A stretch of 64,000 nucleotides of DNA. It comes from Vicugna vicugna (taxonomy: Eukaryota). The position numbers were made by a program, and so were the translations under genes. Positions 11,849-27,949 of this stretch are shown in pieces (the stretch's first letter is position 1; the number at the start of each line of letters is the position of its first letter). Below the pieces are notes generated by a model that did no database searches, was not told the origin of the DNA, and saw only the letters and a list, made by a program, of their open reading frames with translations. The stretch lies in NCBI GenBank assembly GCA_013265495.1, contig MU057887.1, positions 4,181,668 to 4,245,667 on the forward strand, in the 5' to 3' direction.

Positions 11849-11854
11849 AATAAA
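11849..11854 (+). terminator. Polyadenylation signal of MAPK8IP2
   Basis: First AATAAA seen after the stop (~630 nt), followed by GT/T-rich sequence (cttggtgtg...tgtttctgggg). Confidence 0.75.
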
Positions 11855-14225
11855 CTCTCTGCTTGGTGTGACCCTGGCTGTTTCTGGGGTTGGGGAAGCA
11901 GGCGCAGGGCCAGGTGCCGCCCATGGCACGGGGACCAAGTCGTGAGGAGGTTCACCCTTTCAGTGCTCTCCAAAACCATGTCGGGAATTCTCCCCAAATG
12001 CTCCCGGTTGGTCAGCGAGGAAGCTGAGACCAGAGAGAAGCGGTCATGGGATGTGTGTTCCTTCCACCTGTGCAGGAGTGGGTGTGCAAGGGGGTCTGAG
12101 GGTGTGCGTGCTCATGACTGTACGTGCGCGCTTGTGAGTGTGTGTGAGACAGCAGGGGTCAATCTGCTTCAATCTTAAGCCTGGAATTTTCCGAATTTTC
12201 CACAGAAAGCCAGAGGAAAAAAGGTGACTATTTTTCACTATGCCCTAGGTGATTATAGATGCTACCTCCTGGAGAAAGGGCTTTCCTGCTCTCCTGTCCC
12301 TGAATGAGCCCCAGCTCTCAGGTGCTGAGGTCAGCATGCAGTCAGTGCCTTCCTGAGGGTGGGCCTGGGCCCCTAACCCTGAGCCCAGGATGAGAGCAAC
12401 ACCAGGAAGACAACAGGCGAGGCTACGAAACAGGAGTGAACAGCTGCAAGTTCAGACAGATTCATTCCCTGAAGACTGAAAACTGCTGTCTGTAAAAATC
12501 ACACACTCTGCTCTAGTCAAGGGCAACCAGCAAATGGAAATACAGTCACAGCATTAGGGGTCAGTAAATGCCCCACACCTTCAGCATTTGGGAAGCCCCT
12601 GCTCAGGCCAGGGCTCCAGACCAGCGGCACGCCAGCACCCGGGAACATGGCAACCACGCGGCAAGAAGACCAAGTAGAGCATCTGTGGGAAAACGCTCCT
12701 ACTGACTGAAATTGAAAGAGGCGTGGATGTGTTTGTTGGAAGCTTGTACCTTCTCTGCAGCTGGGCGTGGGGCGTGCCCTCCGACCCCACGGCTGTAACA
12801 CTCGCCTTCTGCTCTCTGTCCGGAGGGAATGCCCCACACCCCCCAGGCCCGTCTCAGGGAAGGCGCCATTTGCTCAGCCAGCCTGAGTCCCTGCTGGGCT
12901 CAGTCCCTCCCCCACTCATCTTCCCACTTCTTTGTATCATTAACTTTTCCCTTCCTGCTGGCCCTTTAGGACAGCTGTTGGACATGCTTGGGCTTCCTTC
13001 ACCTGGAACAGCTCCTGCTCTGTGGGGCCTCCCCACACCTGCCCACTTCCTCCACCTCTCTGGCCCCTTCCTGCACCTCGCCGAATGTTCCTTCTCAGAC
13101 CTCGTGGTCTCCAGCTGCGCTGCGCTCCAGACCCCCACTCCGGCTCTGTCCTGGGCTCTCCCTCGCTGGCTTCCTTCCTCCCCGAGGACTCACCTTCCCT
13201 GTGCTGAGGGCCCCAGCGGCTTACCTCTGACCTTCAGTGGCACTCCCTGGGCCAGCCACTGGCCGGGTGCTTTGTGAGTTTTCATAAATATAGTGACCCT
13301 CGCAAGGGCGCTAGGGTGCAGAGGAACAAAACACAGACACAGAACTTACATAAGCCTTTCCCCCACCTGCCCCCATTCTGTGATCTGTGTTTTACGCTTT
13401 TTTCCACTTTCCTGAGCTGGAGTCCTGGAGTCACCCTAGACTGCCCCTGCTGTCACCTTCATCCCCACCCCGTCACCCCTACATCTGCCTGTCCCCCTCC
13501 CTGCCTCTACTTGGATCAAACCACCTTGAGTTGTTGCCTGGATCTTTATGCAACAAGCAGCCTCCTCCAGGCTCCCTGCCTCCACCTGTGTCTGCAAATC
13601 CACCTGCACCTGCAACCAGACCAGGATTTTTAAACAGAAACCTGAGCAGGCCCCTCACCCTCAGATGCTGCTGTGGTTCCCTGTTGAACTTCAGCCTGCC
13701 CCATCCCTGCGCCTCTCCAGCCCCGTCTTCCCTCTACCCCATTTCTGCCCTTAGAACCTGGGCTTCCTGCGGGCATCCACTACCCTTCTCTGCATGTTGC
13801 TGTGTGAACTCCTGTCCTTCTGGATGCCAGGGGCCCTGGCCCTGCCTGCCCCCCTGCAGAGGCTGCCGACCGTGAGTCCGAGCGCAAGACGTGGCTAATG
13901 ACCTCATACTCCCAGAGCCTGGTGCAGAACCTGGTGAGCCCCCCATGCCAGGACTCTGACTTCTGGAAATCCAGCCAAGGATAATACCCTAAATGAAAAG
14001 CTCTGTACACGTTCTTGTTTAAGGTGTTGAAAGCATAAATACAATCTAAATATTGACCACTAGGGTTAACTAAATTAAGGTATATTTACCTAGTTGTAAT
14101 ACTGGGCAGATATGAAAAACTGTGCTTACAAATATTTAGCAATAATACAGAAAATATTTGTCATGCTGTTAAGGAAAAAATATGCAGAATCTGTGCTAGA
14201 AACTATGTTGAAAAAGACTGAAAGG

Positions 14226-14290
14226 TTGACACAACATTGTGAACTGACTATACTTCAATAAAAAAAAAGGTCAAAAAACAAAATAAAACG
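14226..14290 (+). mobile_element. Extremely 5'-truncated young L1 3' end
   Basis: ttgacacaacattgtgaactgactatacttcaataaaaaa + A-rich tail; TSD AAAGACTGAAAGG at 14213-14225 and 14291-14303. Confidence 0.7.
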
Positions 14291-17200
14291 AAAGACTGAA
14301 AGGGAACACACAGGCTCAGCCATTGACGCTGGAGGTGGGGCTGAGGGTTTCTCTTCCTTTTTCTCTGCAATGAACAGGTCTTAATTGTTTCAAGCATTAT
14401 ATGTTGCTTACTAGGGACCTCCAAATGCAAACAGAAACAGCCACAGAAAACCTAAAAATAAAAAAGTAAAGATACATTAATTAAGCACAAACAAAAAAAG
14501 TTATTTTGGCCACTATAAAAATACCTGTCTCATAGGGTTACTAGAAACTTCACTGAGCTCACCTGTCACGCTGAGGGCAGCACTCCAGTGAGTAAACGCT
14601 CCTTACTTTTATAAACACCATGTGAAGTAGAATTTCTCTATTTTATTTTTTAAGTATTATTTTTCCACTATAAAGAGTAGACATGATCATTATAGAAAAT
14701 TTGGAAACTACAGGAAAAAGAAAGAAAGGTAAAAAAGCCTTCCTTTTTTTTAACTTAAAGACAACTATTGCTAATATTTTGGTGTATTTTTTCCAGTCTC
14801 CTTTCTATATGTGGGTTAGATTTTATTATGTTTGAGGCCAGAAAAAAGATTGGGAGAATCAAGGAAGAATTTAAAGCAAAAAGATAAAGGCAAAGTGGCC
14901 AAAATCATCACAAAATAAAGAATGGTGGTCTCAGCACGGTGTCTAGTTATGAGAAAACAGACCAAGAAATTCATGATGCAAAATGTTTGAGTGGCAAGAA
15001 AAGGGGAAAAACATAATCACCGATAAAAAAAATATAACCATAAGGTAAGACAAATACATGTACCCCGGAGCTTACATTCTGCATGTGTAGCGTGCCCTTC
15101 TTTCTGGTCGTCAGTAGGAACATTTCAGCCAGTTCGGTAAGTCTTGCGATGGGTGTGGTGCAAAGCATTCCGCTCTAAGACCAGTCTAATCAGTCAGGGC
15201 GCTTCTTGTGCGGCAGGAGGTCTGGAGGCTGGTGTGGCTGCTAGAAGGTGACATCAAGGACCACAGGCTCCTCCCTGCATCCTGCATCCTGAGTGTGTGG
15301 CCTTTGTCTTCATGATGGCCCGAGGGCTGCTGTAACTCCAAGCATTGTGCTCAGTTCCAGGCAGGAGGATGTGCAAGAGCAGAGGGGCAGGCGGCTGGTT
15401 TTGCAAAAGCTTCACTGTGTGCTGGAGTGAGGAGTGGGCAGGAGTGCAGCAGGGAGGGAGCAAAAGCCAGCCTGAGGCTCATCCCAGAGGCTGGGAGCTT
15501 TTCTGAGAAGCTAGGGTGCGAATTCCTCCCAGAGGCTGAGGAGCAGAAACATTTACCGCTGGCTCCTGGCCCCCACTGGCTAAGGGCCACCCCAGGAGCG
15601 TTCATCCCCTGCCCTTCAGAGCAGCTCAGGTGTGGGCTGAGTGCAAAGTGAAGAAGCAGGTCCCCTAAGGACCACCCCGTCAGCTGCAGCTAAGGTCAGA
15701 GGACCCACCCAGGCTTCTGACCCTTTAAAGCTGAGCAGCCATCCTGACATCCTCGCAAGAGGCACAGTGAGCAAACCCACCAACAGGGTTCCGGGCCCCC
15801 CTGGATGAGGGTGATGGGGAAGTACATGGTAACCCCAAAGAGGGGACGTGAAGGAACATTGCCTTGGTGCTAAGCAGAGCAACGGTACCAGGCCTCCTAC
15901 CCTCAAGACAGCCACTGTGAGCTGACCTCACCTGGTTTGCAGGTGTGAACACAGGTGTGGCGGGATGTGTGCAGGTGTGAGGTGTGTGTGGGACAGGAGT
16001 TGATGCATAGCATGGAGTCTCTCCCCAGGTGTGCCCCCCATCTCCTGCCTGGGTTAGGTTTTATGGGATAGTCAAAAAACCCAGCATACAGGCAGGCCTT
16101 TTCTCGAGTCCTGGTTTCTGTCCGGTGTCAGCACTGACAGAATCCTGTCAGCTGCACCGGGTGCCTCCGCCTCACACCGGTGAGCGGAATCTTCTTATAC
16201 ATAGAGCTTTGTATGGAGGAGGATAAAACAATTTAGCCTAAAAACTGCCTCAGCCATCATTTGGGTTGATGACAGAAGAACAACTTTGATTTTATTTCTT
16301 ATTTCTTTTGTGCAAATTGGGAGCAGATAAGAGTAGCCAGCCGAGGCATCTAACCTGCAGGAGGTAGCCTGGCTCCTGCTTCTGCAGAACTGGCTCATCG
16401 CACGGGGCGGCCCTAACCCTGGAGACAGACAGAACCCTAGCCCTGGAGAGCAGGAGCCCCTGTGCTCCCCTGGGGGTCCTGCATGAGCTCACACCGAGAG
16501 GACACTGACCGCCCCGAGGTGTCTCAGCCTTGCCCTTGTGGTCAGCTCCTGGGAGGGGAGTGGAGCCAGCAGCCTCAGCCCCACCAGCCACTAGGACCTC
16601 ACCCTGTCCTTCCTCAGTGACCCCCATCCTGCTCACATGGCAGGTGTCTCAGGGCAGGTGACGTGGCCTAGGCAGGGATGGCGAAGGAAAGGAGGGTCTT
16701 GTTGTTCAGGAGGGTACATGCCCAGAGTGGGCAGCAGGATGGGCACAGGTGGACCCCTAAGGGCGGCGCCTCGGGGTCTCCAGGGACCAGTCCCCCATCC
16801 TCCACCCCAAACACACAGTATATTACACTGAACCTGTCTGTGGCAGCACCGTCCCCTGGAGGGCAGGGATGTCCCATCCCTCCTAGCCCCAGTCCACATT
16901 TGCTGGGATCAGGAGAGTGGGGTTAGTTTTTAATCTCCTTCTGTATCAGTGAGCATTCTGTGGTCGCGACCAAGCTATAGAAACCAACTCTGGGAAACTT
17001 AGCTAAAAGGAAATGTATTGGGAGGGTGCTGGGGACTCCCGGGTGGAAAAGAAGGCACAAAGGGGCACATGGCTGCTCGGGCACGGTGTGGGTGGGGGTG
17101 GCAGCAACTCCCTCGTGGTGGAGCTGGCCCCTCCCCCACTCTCTGGGCCCCCACCCCCTGAAGATCCACCTCTGGGCAGGAACAGGCATAGGAACAGACC

Positions 17201-19349
17201 CTCCAGGCTGGAGGGGGGCTATGATCCCCAACAGGGAAGCGGGTGCCCTTGGGGAGGGCAGGCCCTGGACCCCACATCAAAGTGGCCGTTCACTCCACAT
17301 TGCTGTCGTGTTTGCAAAATGATGAGGAAAGGCTTCCACTCTTGGGTGGAATCCTGGGCCCGCCACACCCAAACTGCTCCCTCCCTTCAGGCCTGTCACT
17401 AGTCAGCTCTGACCACACCCTCCCCGAGTGCTCCCCTATGGGGCTCTTCCTGCTCGCTGTGGGGGGAGCCAGGCTGCCAAGGAGAACGCAGCTTGTGCTG
17501 CAGGAGGCCACGCTTCCGCCCCCAGGGCTGCAGCCACCTGACGAAGGGCCTTCCCATGAAGGAGCCGAGGAGGCTGGGGGCACAAATAAATGCACTTCCC
17601 CCTCTGTTACTGCTCCCCTCCGTCCCCAACACCAGGCCTGGGGCCAAGATGGGGTCAGGACTCTCCAGACGCTGGACAGGCACTGTCCAGGTGCCATGAG
17701 GGCCAGGGTTGAGTTAAACGCTCAGAGTTAAAATGTATGATTCTCGTGAGCACACACCCACCTGGTAGCGAGGCCCATCTCAGAATGAGCTGCAGGCCCT
17801 GTCTAGGGCACCCTAACAAGGACGTGTTACTTTCGTGATGAAAAATATTCGGAGAAGAGAATTTTATTCCATGGAAACAGCTCCTTTTGCTCCCCCTTCT
17901 GGTCACTCAGGGGAGACGCAAGCACCTAGCACTGGGGGTGGGGGTGGGGGGCTCAGGATGTCTCCTCTTCCTCCCTACACACCTGAGGGGAAACCACTGC
18001 CCCGACAAGTGTGCTGTTCCATTCATTCCAAACACATGTAGCTCCTTCCAGAGGAGACGGGGCTCCTTGAGGAAGCTGCTTGGTGGGAGTGGATGTTCTT
18101 AGGCTCACAGAAGGGCTGCTTTTTAAATCAACAGCAGCAGAGAAGGGACACTGCAGACAGCATTTGGAGCTGCAAGTGTGTGTGAATACGCGTGTGTGCC
18201 TGTCAGGGGTATACGCCTGTTTGTGGGCACGTGTGCACGAATGTGGGAGTGTGTATACACACCAGGGCCCGCATGAGGAGGGTGTATCACACTAAAGCAC
18301 TAAAACGAGAACAAGCTTTTCTGCTCTCAAAGCATCATAACCAAGCCAGAAGTGGAAGGGGAGAGGAGAACCTTGCATGCAGAGGGTGGTATGATTGCCC
18401 CTCCTCAGGTCTCAGCAGAAGGGAAGCAGCATTGACTGGTTCAATGATCTCTCCCCCACTCACCCCATGATTATGCTTTTGTAGGACCAAGGACTCTTCC
18501 TCTGTGGCATTTATCAGGGTTAAATTTTTTTCTTCCAGTTTTACTGAGATATAATTGACACAATCATGATTAAATTTTAATTTCTATTGAAGTATAAAAA
18601 AACATGGCATCAAAAAGTGCACAAATCTTTAGTATGTAGCTTGACAGCTTTATACATACGTGTGCACCATGTTTCCACCTCTCTTTCAAGCCAGAGAACT
18701 TCTGTAGGACCTGGCAGTTCCCTATTGTCTTTCCCAGGCAATACCCTCTTAGCCAAACCCAAGAGGCAGAGGTCATGAGCACACTGAACTCAATGCGGTC
18801 TGAGAGGTCAGGGCTGATGCTAACCTCCTGTGCTAGACACTCAGCATCATGAGAGCAGGGAAGCGGCCCCTCTGCTGACCTGTGCCCCAGCACTAAGCAC
18901 AGCCTTCGGTGGTAAATAAAGGCCCGTGGAATGAATACAGTGATGCTCACCATCCGCAACAGACCTGGACAAGGTGCCTGCAGGTTGTGCCTAAGCGTGG
19001 GCAACCATTTCATTCTTGCTGGAGCGTATGATCGTCGGATGTGATGCAGAGATCAGGCGCCTGCTTCTGTTCTTCTCTGTCCTCATCCTGAAACCAAGGC
19101 ACCTTGATGCAGCTACCAGCTGCAGGCCGCAAGGGGCGGTCCCCCCTTATGCCAGTGTCAGTGGCTGAAGAGGCCCCCAAGGAAACCACTGCCCTATGGG
19201 GCAGCTCCAAGACACAGCAGGATTTGGGGTATGGTTAGTCTCCAAACCAGACTAGAAGTAATGGGAGAGTCGCAGAAGAGGCCTCAGCACCCTGTATCTC
19301 ACACATAGGCTCACTCAGGAAGCCCATGCACACAAACTCATGCCCTTTG

Positions 19350-19790
19350 CAAGTCATTCCAGGAAGAATGCTTTCGGCTGCAAGTAATAAGACAATGCAA
19401 TGGCAGTGGCTTAAACAGGCTGGTTTATTTCCTTACATTGTGAGCTCTGGGGGTACATGACTGGAGACTCTGGCTGCATGATGTCTGGTCAGGGCCAGTG
19501 ATGCCACAGCACCGTCCTCACCAACCAGAGGATGAATGCTGAAGAGGACCCAGGGATCCAGTGGGTTGCCCCGACCTTTCACTGACCAGGACCCTTGGTC
19601 ACGTGCTGCTCCTGGACCAATCACTGGACTGTGGCTCAGACTGGCTACCACCCTCCTAGGACTAGGAGAGGCTGTACCTTGGAGGTCAAGGGGCCTCTGC
19701 ACACCAGTGAAAAAGCAGGGGTCCATTAGTAGGAAGGGGACAGCTGTTTGGTCAACCACGAGAAGATACCCATTTCGGGGTCTTGAGGAA
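19350..19790 (-). mobile_element. MaLR (MLT1-like) LTR remnant
   Basis: gctttcggctgcaagtaataaga...cagtggcttaaaca...tttatttcc typical of the reverse MLT1 3' end. Confidence 0.5.
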
Positions 19791-20323
19791 CCAGACAGCA
19801 CTCTTCTCATTCAACCCATGCTGAGGGAGCACGTGGGGTGTGACGGCCGCTCTGGGAGCAGGTGATCTGACATCAGCACACACACAGGGTAACCCCACAA
19901 GGGCTATGTTTGCCATGCAGACGCAGGTGGGTGGGCAGTCAGGAGGCCCTAGGCAGAGCCAATGAGCACCTTGGCCTGACAATCGGCAGCCAGGCCAGCT
20001 GCCAGGGCTAGGAGGGAAGGGGTGTGGGGTGGGCATGGTAGCTGCTCCAAGGAGTCTGGGGTCTAGTCTGAGCATGATGGTAAGTCTGCAGTTTTGAGCA
20101 GGAATGGAGCCAAACCTGATGTGTTTTCAAGAGATTACTTTGCTGGGTGTAGGCTGGCTCCTGTGGGGGAAGCCAGGAGACTGGAAATGTGTGTGTACCT
20201 GGGAAACGCAGAGCTTTGGAGGGGGCGCAGGGGTGCCGGGAGGGGGCCTTAGGAGCTGCTGACGTGCCTTCCTCAGAGCTGGCAGGGCCCCCAGCCCACT
20301 TCACCACACAGAATGTGCATCTC

Positions 20324-20453
20324 AGGTGGCGGGAGGGTATAGCTCACGTGGTAGAGTGCATGCTTAGCATATACAAGGTTCTGAATTCAATCCCTAGTAC
20401 CTCCTCTAAAAATAAGTAAATAAAACCTAATTATCTGCCCCCTCCCCCAAAAC
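20324..20453 (+). mobile_element. tRNA-derived SINE (camelid vic-1-like)
   Basis: gggagggtatagctcacgtggtagagtgcatgcttagc...ttcaatccctagtacctcc; imperfect 12-bp TSD. Confidence 0.85.
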
Positions 20454-20872
20454 AACATGCATCTCCTCACCCGCCTTCAGACAGGTTTCTGATACGAACC
20501 AGTGTGGTCCAGTTCCTGCGCTTCTTCCCGAGCAAAACCTGGTTCTTATGGGCACTTTGTGTCTTTGGGGTCTGCTGTCCACCTTGCCCTCACCACCCCC
20601 AACCCCTGTTCCTGGTTAGGGTTAGCACCTAGCACTGCTCCCAGGAATGGACATACCCACACTTGCCACCACACTTGTCTGCACTGACACGAACAATCAG
20701 CAGGGGGATGGGGTTAGAATTCCAGCCCAAACTCTCACTGCTGGGCGACCCCAGACAGGTCGCATGACCTCTCCATGCCTCAGGTTCCCCGCGTGTAACA
20801 GGCAGAGCCGCACCTATCTCAGGGCTAGCACAAGGATCACATGAATTGTCACACAGACCAGTGTCAGCTGGT

Positions 20873-20878
20873 GTTATT
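20873..20878 (-). terminator. Non-canonical ARSA polyadenylation signal AATAAC
   Basis: GTTATT on + (AATAAC on -), ~100 nt after the ARSA stop; matches the known human proximal ARSA signal in sequence and position. Confidence 0.7.
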
Positions 20879-20976
20879 AGCTCTCAGGTAGAAACCACCT
20901 GCACACATCCACAGCACACCAATGAACCAATTCCTGGGCAGGGCGAGGGGCCCTGGGCTGGCCTCTACCAGGGCTC

Positions 20977-23580
<2,604 letters not shown>

Positions 23581-23869
23581 GGCCCACGGCACAGACAGCC
23601 CTGTAACAAGAGACCCTCGGGAGGGAGTGCAAACTGGGTCCGGCAAGCTCTACCCCAGAGACCCCAGACCAAAATATTTCCCCGACCGAGGCAACTCCTT
23701 ATCCTGAAGTCTCAGCTAACTCGGCACTCGGGGACCCTTGACCTCAACAGAATCCAGGAGCCCACAGCCTGAGATCCAACTCCCTGGAGACCTTCAAGGA
23801 CCACGACATCTTCAGAATCTCGAGCGGAGAGCTGATCCTCTTCACCTAAAAGTCTGGGCCCAAGCCCGT

Positions 23870-24370
23870 GGTCAGGGGCAGAAGTCCCAGGACACTGACC
23901 CGCGGGGGCCCGCGAGGCAGGACGAAGGGCAGTTCACGGCCAAGGAGGGGCGAGTGCGGGGAGCCGGCAGCAGAGCCCTCCGCCAGCGCTTCCGCCTCGG
24001 ACCGGACCCGCCCCGCCCCGCCCCGCCTCCTGACCCCGTGACCCCGCGAGGCCCGCCCAGGGGCAGGGCGCGGTGCAGGGCCGGGCAGGTCTGGCGGAAG
24101 GCTCCGGGCCTGCGGGGCGTGGCCAGGCCTGCCCGGGCCCGGGGTGGGGGCGGGGTCGCCGCGGGCAGGAGGGGCCGGGTGCTGCGCGCGCTCGGCCCCG
24201 GTTGCGCCCCGAGACCGTTGGCGCCGGTGCCGGGCGGCGTGGGAGGGGCGCGCAGGCCGGCTCCTGGCGTTCGCGCTCGGCGCGCGGAGTGTTCCATAAG
24301 GCACCTGGTCCCGCAGACTGTTGAACGAGCGAATCAAAACGGAAACTGTGGAGCCCGCGGGCTACTGGCT
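23870..24370 (-). promoter_or_regulatory. CpG island / TATA-less GC-box promoter of ARSA
   Basis: CpG-dense; tandem CCGCCC boxes at ~24008-24028, upstream of the ARSA ATG. Confidence 0.8.
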
Positions 24371-24439
24371 TTTCCTTCAGAGTACCTTTGGTGCTTTTCT
24401 TGAAACGTGACACCGAAAATTCTTTCCAACTCTTTCCGT

Positions 24440-24545
24440 GCATGTGTGTGTCTGTTTGTGTGTCAGGGTATGTGTGTGCGTGATGTGCGTGTGAGTGATG
24501 TGATGAGGGATGTGTGTGTGTGGTGGGTGTGGGTGTGTGTGTGCT
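24440..24545. repeat. Degenerate (TG)n microsatellite
   Basis: tgtgtgtg...gtgtgtgt alternating tract with interruptions. Confidence 0.8.
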
Positions 24546-27024
24546 GCGGGATGGGGGCATCTGAGGTCTGGTCTGCCTCTCGTTTACGACAACGGTAGAA
24601 CCCATAAAAAGAGATGACCACGGCCCGGCTCCGAAGCTGGGCAGCCTTGGGTGGATGACTTCACCTTTTTGGTCCCCAGCTTACCTGTTTCAAAGTAAGA
24701 GAACGCCCCCCAGAAGGTGCTTAGGTGGGCATTTTACTCAGTGTAGCTGAGAGCCGCAAAGTCAGCGCTCCCACAGAGCACCTCTCCCCCAGGGAACCCT
24801 CCCCAAGGCAGCTCTCTAGCCTCAGGCTCCCCTACAAGGTCTAACCTCAGGAAGGGCAGGATGTGGGCTGCTGGTTGGGGAGGTCTTCCCTTGGTTACTG
24901 ACCCTGGAGCCGGGGGAGAGTGAACAGGGCCCTGGAAAGGCCTCTGGGGTCCGGGGTGGGGGCCGGGACACAGTTTCCACTGAAGCCCAGCCCTGGCTGG
25001 GGAGCTGGCATTTTCCCAATGAAACATGAATGCGCGAGGCAAGGGGTGGTGTTGGGGAGCAAAATGTGAAGGGCAGGGACTCCCAGAGATGGGGCTGGGT
25101 TTGAGCTGGGTCAGCTCCTTGCTGACCTCGTGGGGAATAGAAGGGGCTGAGCCATCCCTTGATGTCACGTTCCAGTGTGGTTTCTGGGCCTGTGCGTGTG
25201 GGTGGCCAGGACAGAAAGTTTTTCTGTGGCCCAGAAATCTTTGAATCACCTGTAATTGGAGCTATCACAGCTGGTCGGTGCTGTGAATTTGAGTTTAAAA
25301 GGAATCAACCAAAAGCACTTTCTTCCCTTTCAGCGCAAGCTGGGAGCTATCCCAGGCAGCAGAGGACCTGCCCTTATTCTCTGGAAGAGCCTGCCTGTGG
25401 TTGTAATGTTATGCAAATGGCTGGCACTTTCCCCTGCAGTCCCTGGAGGCTGCTAAGGTGTGTTCACACAGGACAGCAGAGCCAGCCCAGCCCTGACCTC
25501 TGGGTGGGGGTAGAGGGTGTGCTGCCAGCTATGTTTGTTCAAAGCCAAGCTCTGCAGGCGTTTGAGTCTTTCGGAGATGTGAGTCTTTCTTAGCATTGCT
25601 GCGGGAGCCGGCAGGAGGGTCAGCTTGGGACAGAGCCCTGGTGGGAGGCAGCCTGCCAGGGTGCGGAAAGCCACTCTGGTTGCCTGGGACAGTGCTAATT
25701 TGGAACTAACACCCACAGTTATGAGGGGGGCCTTGCAACGAGCGTTGCGGGTCTTGTCTTTCTGAACCCAGGACAAGGAAGTGGCCTCCCTCTCCCGGGC
25801 CTGCGTGGGCTGGGTGTGGTGGGTGAACACTTGGCCCATGTGAAGGGATTCTGCACTGGTTCCTAGGGCTGGCCGATGTGGGAACCCAGGACACTGGAGG
25901 CCATTTGTGCAGCCCCACCCCACCCCTTGGGTCTGCTCTGCCCTCCTTTCCCTCAGCAGCCATGACTCCTGTCTGCTGCATACTAGAGGAAACCTATCCC
26001 AAATCAGGCAAAACTGACAGTGAGCATAGGTTCTAGATCTGAGGGGCAAGGATGGTGTTGTCTGTGCTCTGGTAATTAAAACCAGGGCTCATGACAGCCC
26101 ATGTGAATGAAGACAAGATGCTGGAAACTCCTTGGTTTAATGGAGAAAAAGTCATCCCAGGACAGAGAGAGATAGGAGTGTATTGTGCTTGATCTGCTAA
26201 GTTGTCCCCTAACTGTCCTCTGCCAGGGCCTGGGGGACCCTATCAAGCTATTAAGAGGTGTATTTTGGAGTCAGGAAGGAAGCAGCAATACCGTTGAAAG
26301 GCTCTGGGGAGCTGGCATTGCAGGGTGGAAGTTAAATGGAATGAAAGGATACTGGGATGGCAGAGGCCATGTGGCCAAGCAGGTATTGTCGCCATCATGG
26401 TCAGCAAGAATGGTGTGGCCTCAGGGATTTTTGGCTCATTGGCCACGGAGTCACCCTCCCAGACAAAAACAGGAGACAGCACTAGTGGAGGCGGGGGTGG
26501 TGGTGGAAAGACCCTGGGTCTCAGCAACATGGCCCAGACTTGACTCACAATGCAGCTTCTCTTCCAATTCCTGGACATGAGTCACTGACAGACCCGGAGC
26601 CCTCTGCCAGAGGAAGAGACCTGGCGGAATCACCCAGGGCTGTACTACCTTCTCCCTGGCTTCCCCTGCAGAGGAGGGTATGGCCTTTGGCCAGGATGGC
26701 TGTGCACTAGGGGAAGGCTCTCAGGGACTGCTGAGCATTGGCTCTGAGCTAACGCTACTTCCCAGATATTCCGATGCCCCCATAGTCCACTAATCAGAGG
26801 GGGGCTTTGGAGATTAGATGAGACATACATTTTGGGCCTCAGGTTATCTCACAATGGATATAGTGGTTATGTGAGTTTATCTTGCATTAATTTCCCTGGT
26901 TCTCAAGCCAAAATATCTATTTGAATAGATATATTGAGCAGCTGGCCAATGTAACATTACCTGTGGATCCATGCAAGGACTCTGAAGGTGGGAAGCCCGA
27001 TGGAGGCTACTGGAGTTCGCCCCC

Positions 27025-27385
27025 TGTATGGGTCAAGGGAACACCAGCTACTTTGACATATCAACCCCCAAATCTCAGTGACTTAATAACACAAGACATT
27101 TATTTCTTACTCACAGAAAGTCCAGTTTGCAACAAAGGCAGGAGTGGGGGGAGTCTCTGTTCCACATAATCATTTAGGGACCCCTACCATTTTTGACATG
27201 TGGATTTAGGGTCATCCTAGATGCCTGCCTCCAGCCAGCAGAAGGGTGAAGAGACAGCATGCGGGATTGAGCAGGAGGTATTTATGGGTCAGGCCTAGGA
27301 GTGGCACACATCGTTTCTACCCAAACCAACTCCACATGCTCTGCCACGGCCCTACCTAGATGCAAAAGGGGCTGGGAAACACAGG
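27025..27385 (-). mobile_element. MaLR (MLT1-like) LTR remnant
   Basis: ccccaaatctcagtgacttaataacacaagacatttatttcttactcac. Confidence 0.55.
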
Positions 27386-27949
27386 CCTCGACTCAGAGGT
27401 GTCGTCTGCTGGGGTATCAGCCTCCTGATACCTCAGTTTGCTGACTGTGGCAAAAAGAGGAAATCCCCAGGGGACCAGTTCTACTGTGTTGTTGGAGGAG
27501 AGTGTACTTCTAGGAGCTCAGGCTGGATGTTTCAGTACATCCAATGACTGCAGGCACTAATTCCACATACTAAATCCTTTTCTGCTCAAACTAGACATAC
27601 ATGGGCCTGTAATCTACACTCAAACCCTAGCTTTCACAGTCAGTGAGATGAGAGGTGGAGGAACAAGGAGGCCATGGTGTGAGGGGTTACTTGGAGAGAC
27701 AGGGATGATGTCAGAACTTGGGGTGAGCAGACAACCTGTGATCAAGTTGTTGAAGTTCTCACTGAGTGAGAGGATGTGGCTGACCATGTGGGACCCATTT
27801 GATTACTGCTGTATTCTTAGCACCTTACCTTCATAATCTGGTGTGTGTGTGTAAGTGTAATAAACATTTAAAAATGCAGCATCTCCTTCTGTTTGTTTAT
27901 GCATTCATTTAATAGCTGTCCAGCAAACAATCATTAAATACTTCGATGC

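Noticed and set aside
12000..19300. Possible extra gene between MAPK8IP2 and ARSA
   Set aside because: Only short unrelated ORFs, isolated donor-like motifs (e.g. ~15135 cggtaagt) and repeat fragments; no coherent exon chain.
25470..27620. ORFs of 110-198 aa between ARSA and SHANK3
   Set aside because: No domain-like sequence or consistent splice structure; the region looks like decayed LTR/ERV-type repeat that I cannot assign.
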